DNA from: Azolla caroliniana
Lineage: Eukaryota > Plantae > Polypodiophyta
Length of the DNA stretch: 64,000 bases
Assembly: GCA_043228905.1 (NCBI GenBank)
Contig: JBHGNT010000011.1
Coordinates: 13,578,001-13,642,000, forward strand
Reading direction: 5' to 3'
Shown here: positions 62,271 to 64,000 of the stretch, in pieces
Numbering within the stretch: the first letter of the stretch is position 1
Layout: each line of letters opens with the position of its first letter
Notes under the pieces: generated by a model
Told to the model about the DNA's origin: nothing
The model's input: only the letters and a program-made list of their open reading frames with translations
The model's database searches: none
Made by a program: the position numbers and the translations under genes

Positions 62271-64000
62271 ATATCAACCCATACCATATATATAATTTAT
62301 TTTTTGTATTACAATATATAACTTAATGGTAGGGCTTCAACTCATGTGACACCCCCCCCCCCCTTTATGACGATGAGTGTTATGAGGTGTCTTAGATGGA
62401 GGACCTGGTTTGTCGGGATATTGTCGATGGAAGTCCTCAATAAGAGCTCGAGCATTTGCAACATTCTCAACTAGTTCCCAAGTACGCTCGCTTGCACTAT
62501 AGCCTAGCCAATCAACCAAATACTCGAGCTTGTTGCGAACAATCTTGGAATCGAGGATGACATCAACTTTGTACTTTAGTCCTGCTTCAAGCTCGACCGG
62601 GGATGGAGGTAGTATAATACGATTCGGAATATTGTTGTCTTGATAGGGTTCGAGAAGAGAACTATGAAAAACCGGATGTAACCATAGTTGCAGAGGTAGA
62701 TCAAGACGAAAAGTGACATCATTAACTTTTCCGATAATACGGAAAGGACCTAATCGTCGATAATCGAATTTATTGCATGGTCGAGTAGTCTTGATGTGTC
62801 GTCGTAATGGCCATACCCGATTTCCAATGTCAAAACATGATGGAAGCCGATGATGATCTGCATAAGCCTTCTGTGTTTGTTGAGCTTGATGTAAATGGGT
62901 AGATAGGTTTGCCTGTATCTTGCGTAGCCGCTCCAAATGATCCTCTGCACGAGGATTTGTGGGTAACTCCAAAGTTTCGAATACACACCATCGAGGATGA
63001 TAGCCTGTATAAGCATAAAATGGTGTAACCTTAGTCAATGAGTGGATAGAGTTATTATAAGAAAATTTGGCAAATCGAAAAATATCCACCCAATCATCTT
63101 GTTGATAGCTTAGAAAAAACACCGAAGATAATGTTCCAACGTTTGATTTGTTTGTTTTGCTTGTCCGTCTGTTTGAGGGTGATAGCCGAAGGAGAGGTTA
63201 CAAGTGACCTTGAGCAATTTGAAGAGATGCTTCCAGAATTTCGAGATGAATTGAGGTCCACGATTGTTGATGATACTATCTGAGAGGCCATGATGCCGAA
63301 ATACCTCACGCATGACAATTTCAGCGGTTTCTTCACTAGTGATTGTCTTAGTACACGGCAAAAAATGTGTCATCTTAATATATGGATCTACTATTGTTAA
63401 GATCGCATCGAATCCCTTTGAAGTTGAAAGATTTGTAATAAAATCTAGAGAAATGGACTGCCACGGCTTGCTTGGAATTGGTAATGGTTCCAATAAACCA
63501 TATGGATGATGCCTTGGCATCTTTGCTCTGCAACATGTATCACATGTCTGGACATAGACTTTGACAAATCATCGCATATGAGGCCACCAAAATGATCGTT
63601 GTACTAAATCCAACGTTTTAGTACTACCAAAATGTCTAGCTCTATATGTGTTGTGAAAATTTTGGACTACCCGAAGGCGACAAGAACCATTGGGAACATA
63701 CAAGAGTTTCTTAAAGAATAGTAATCCATCATGACATTCGAATTGTCAATAGTCCGTACTTCATTGTTGCGATTGTGAACAGGTTGCCCGCGAGGGATCA
63801 ATTTGAGTTAGAATGGCTTGAGCGAAAGCGTCTGTCTTCAAGTCTTCACGTACAGTCTCGATAATGCAGGAATCCAATGGAGTGTCAAAAACCCACGGCT
63901 TGCAGTTGTGCTGGTCCTAGGATGACTTGCTTTTGATTATCGAATGTTGGATCACCGGGACGAGGTGCTAGATATGAGCGCCGCGATAATGCATCTGCCT
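62271..64000 (-). mobile_element. Tcn1-like chromovirus, integrase + chromodomain end, 3' LTR truncated; continues off the right edge
   Basis: PWQSISLDFI, YHPQTDGQ, LGPFRI, HPVFHSSLL, chromodomain YKVDVILD..EYLVDWLGY..TWE. PPT AAA(G)12 then TGTCACA at 62351. Confidence 0.92.

Noticed and set aside
1-64000. Treating the two Tcn1-like fragments at the window edges as one element
   Set aside because: Both are on minus, but the right one ends at ~62270 and the left one starts at 2730. They are separate insertions whose LTR starts diverge after TGTCACA.

Overview
Eukaryotic nuclear DNA from a plant, probably a non-seed plant (inferred from Tcn1-like chromoviruses). About 60% is LTR retrotransposon. 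There are two host genes: a 4-exon bHLH+ACT-like transcription factor (2886-5089), whose likely N-terminus is cut off by a 29-bp duplication next to an LTR, and a 14-exon KH + 2H-phosphoesterase ASCC1/LigT-like gene (43350-53505) with one U12-type intron. Between them, an old copia ORF is split by three insertions (a non-autonomous tRNA-Trp-PBS element, an Athila/Tat-related gypsy carrying a young non-autonomous element, and a very young near-intact Tnt1/Tork-like copia). A second Athila/Tat-related gypsy follows. Main finding: three elements with unrelated LTRs (12623-24426, 14981-17670, 31824-40981) lack a polypurine tract before the 3' LTR. Each has instead a conserved ~45-nt sense copy of the tRNA-Arg(UCU) 3' end (T-arm, acceptor strand, CCA) with a small hairpin inserted in the T-loop. 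This amounts to a second, inverted primer-binding site and suggests tRNA-primed plus-strand synthesis. All tRNA and family assignments are from recall, not database searches.
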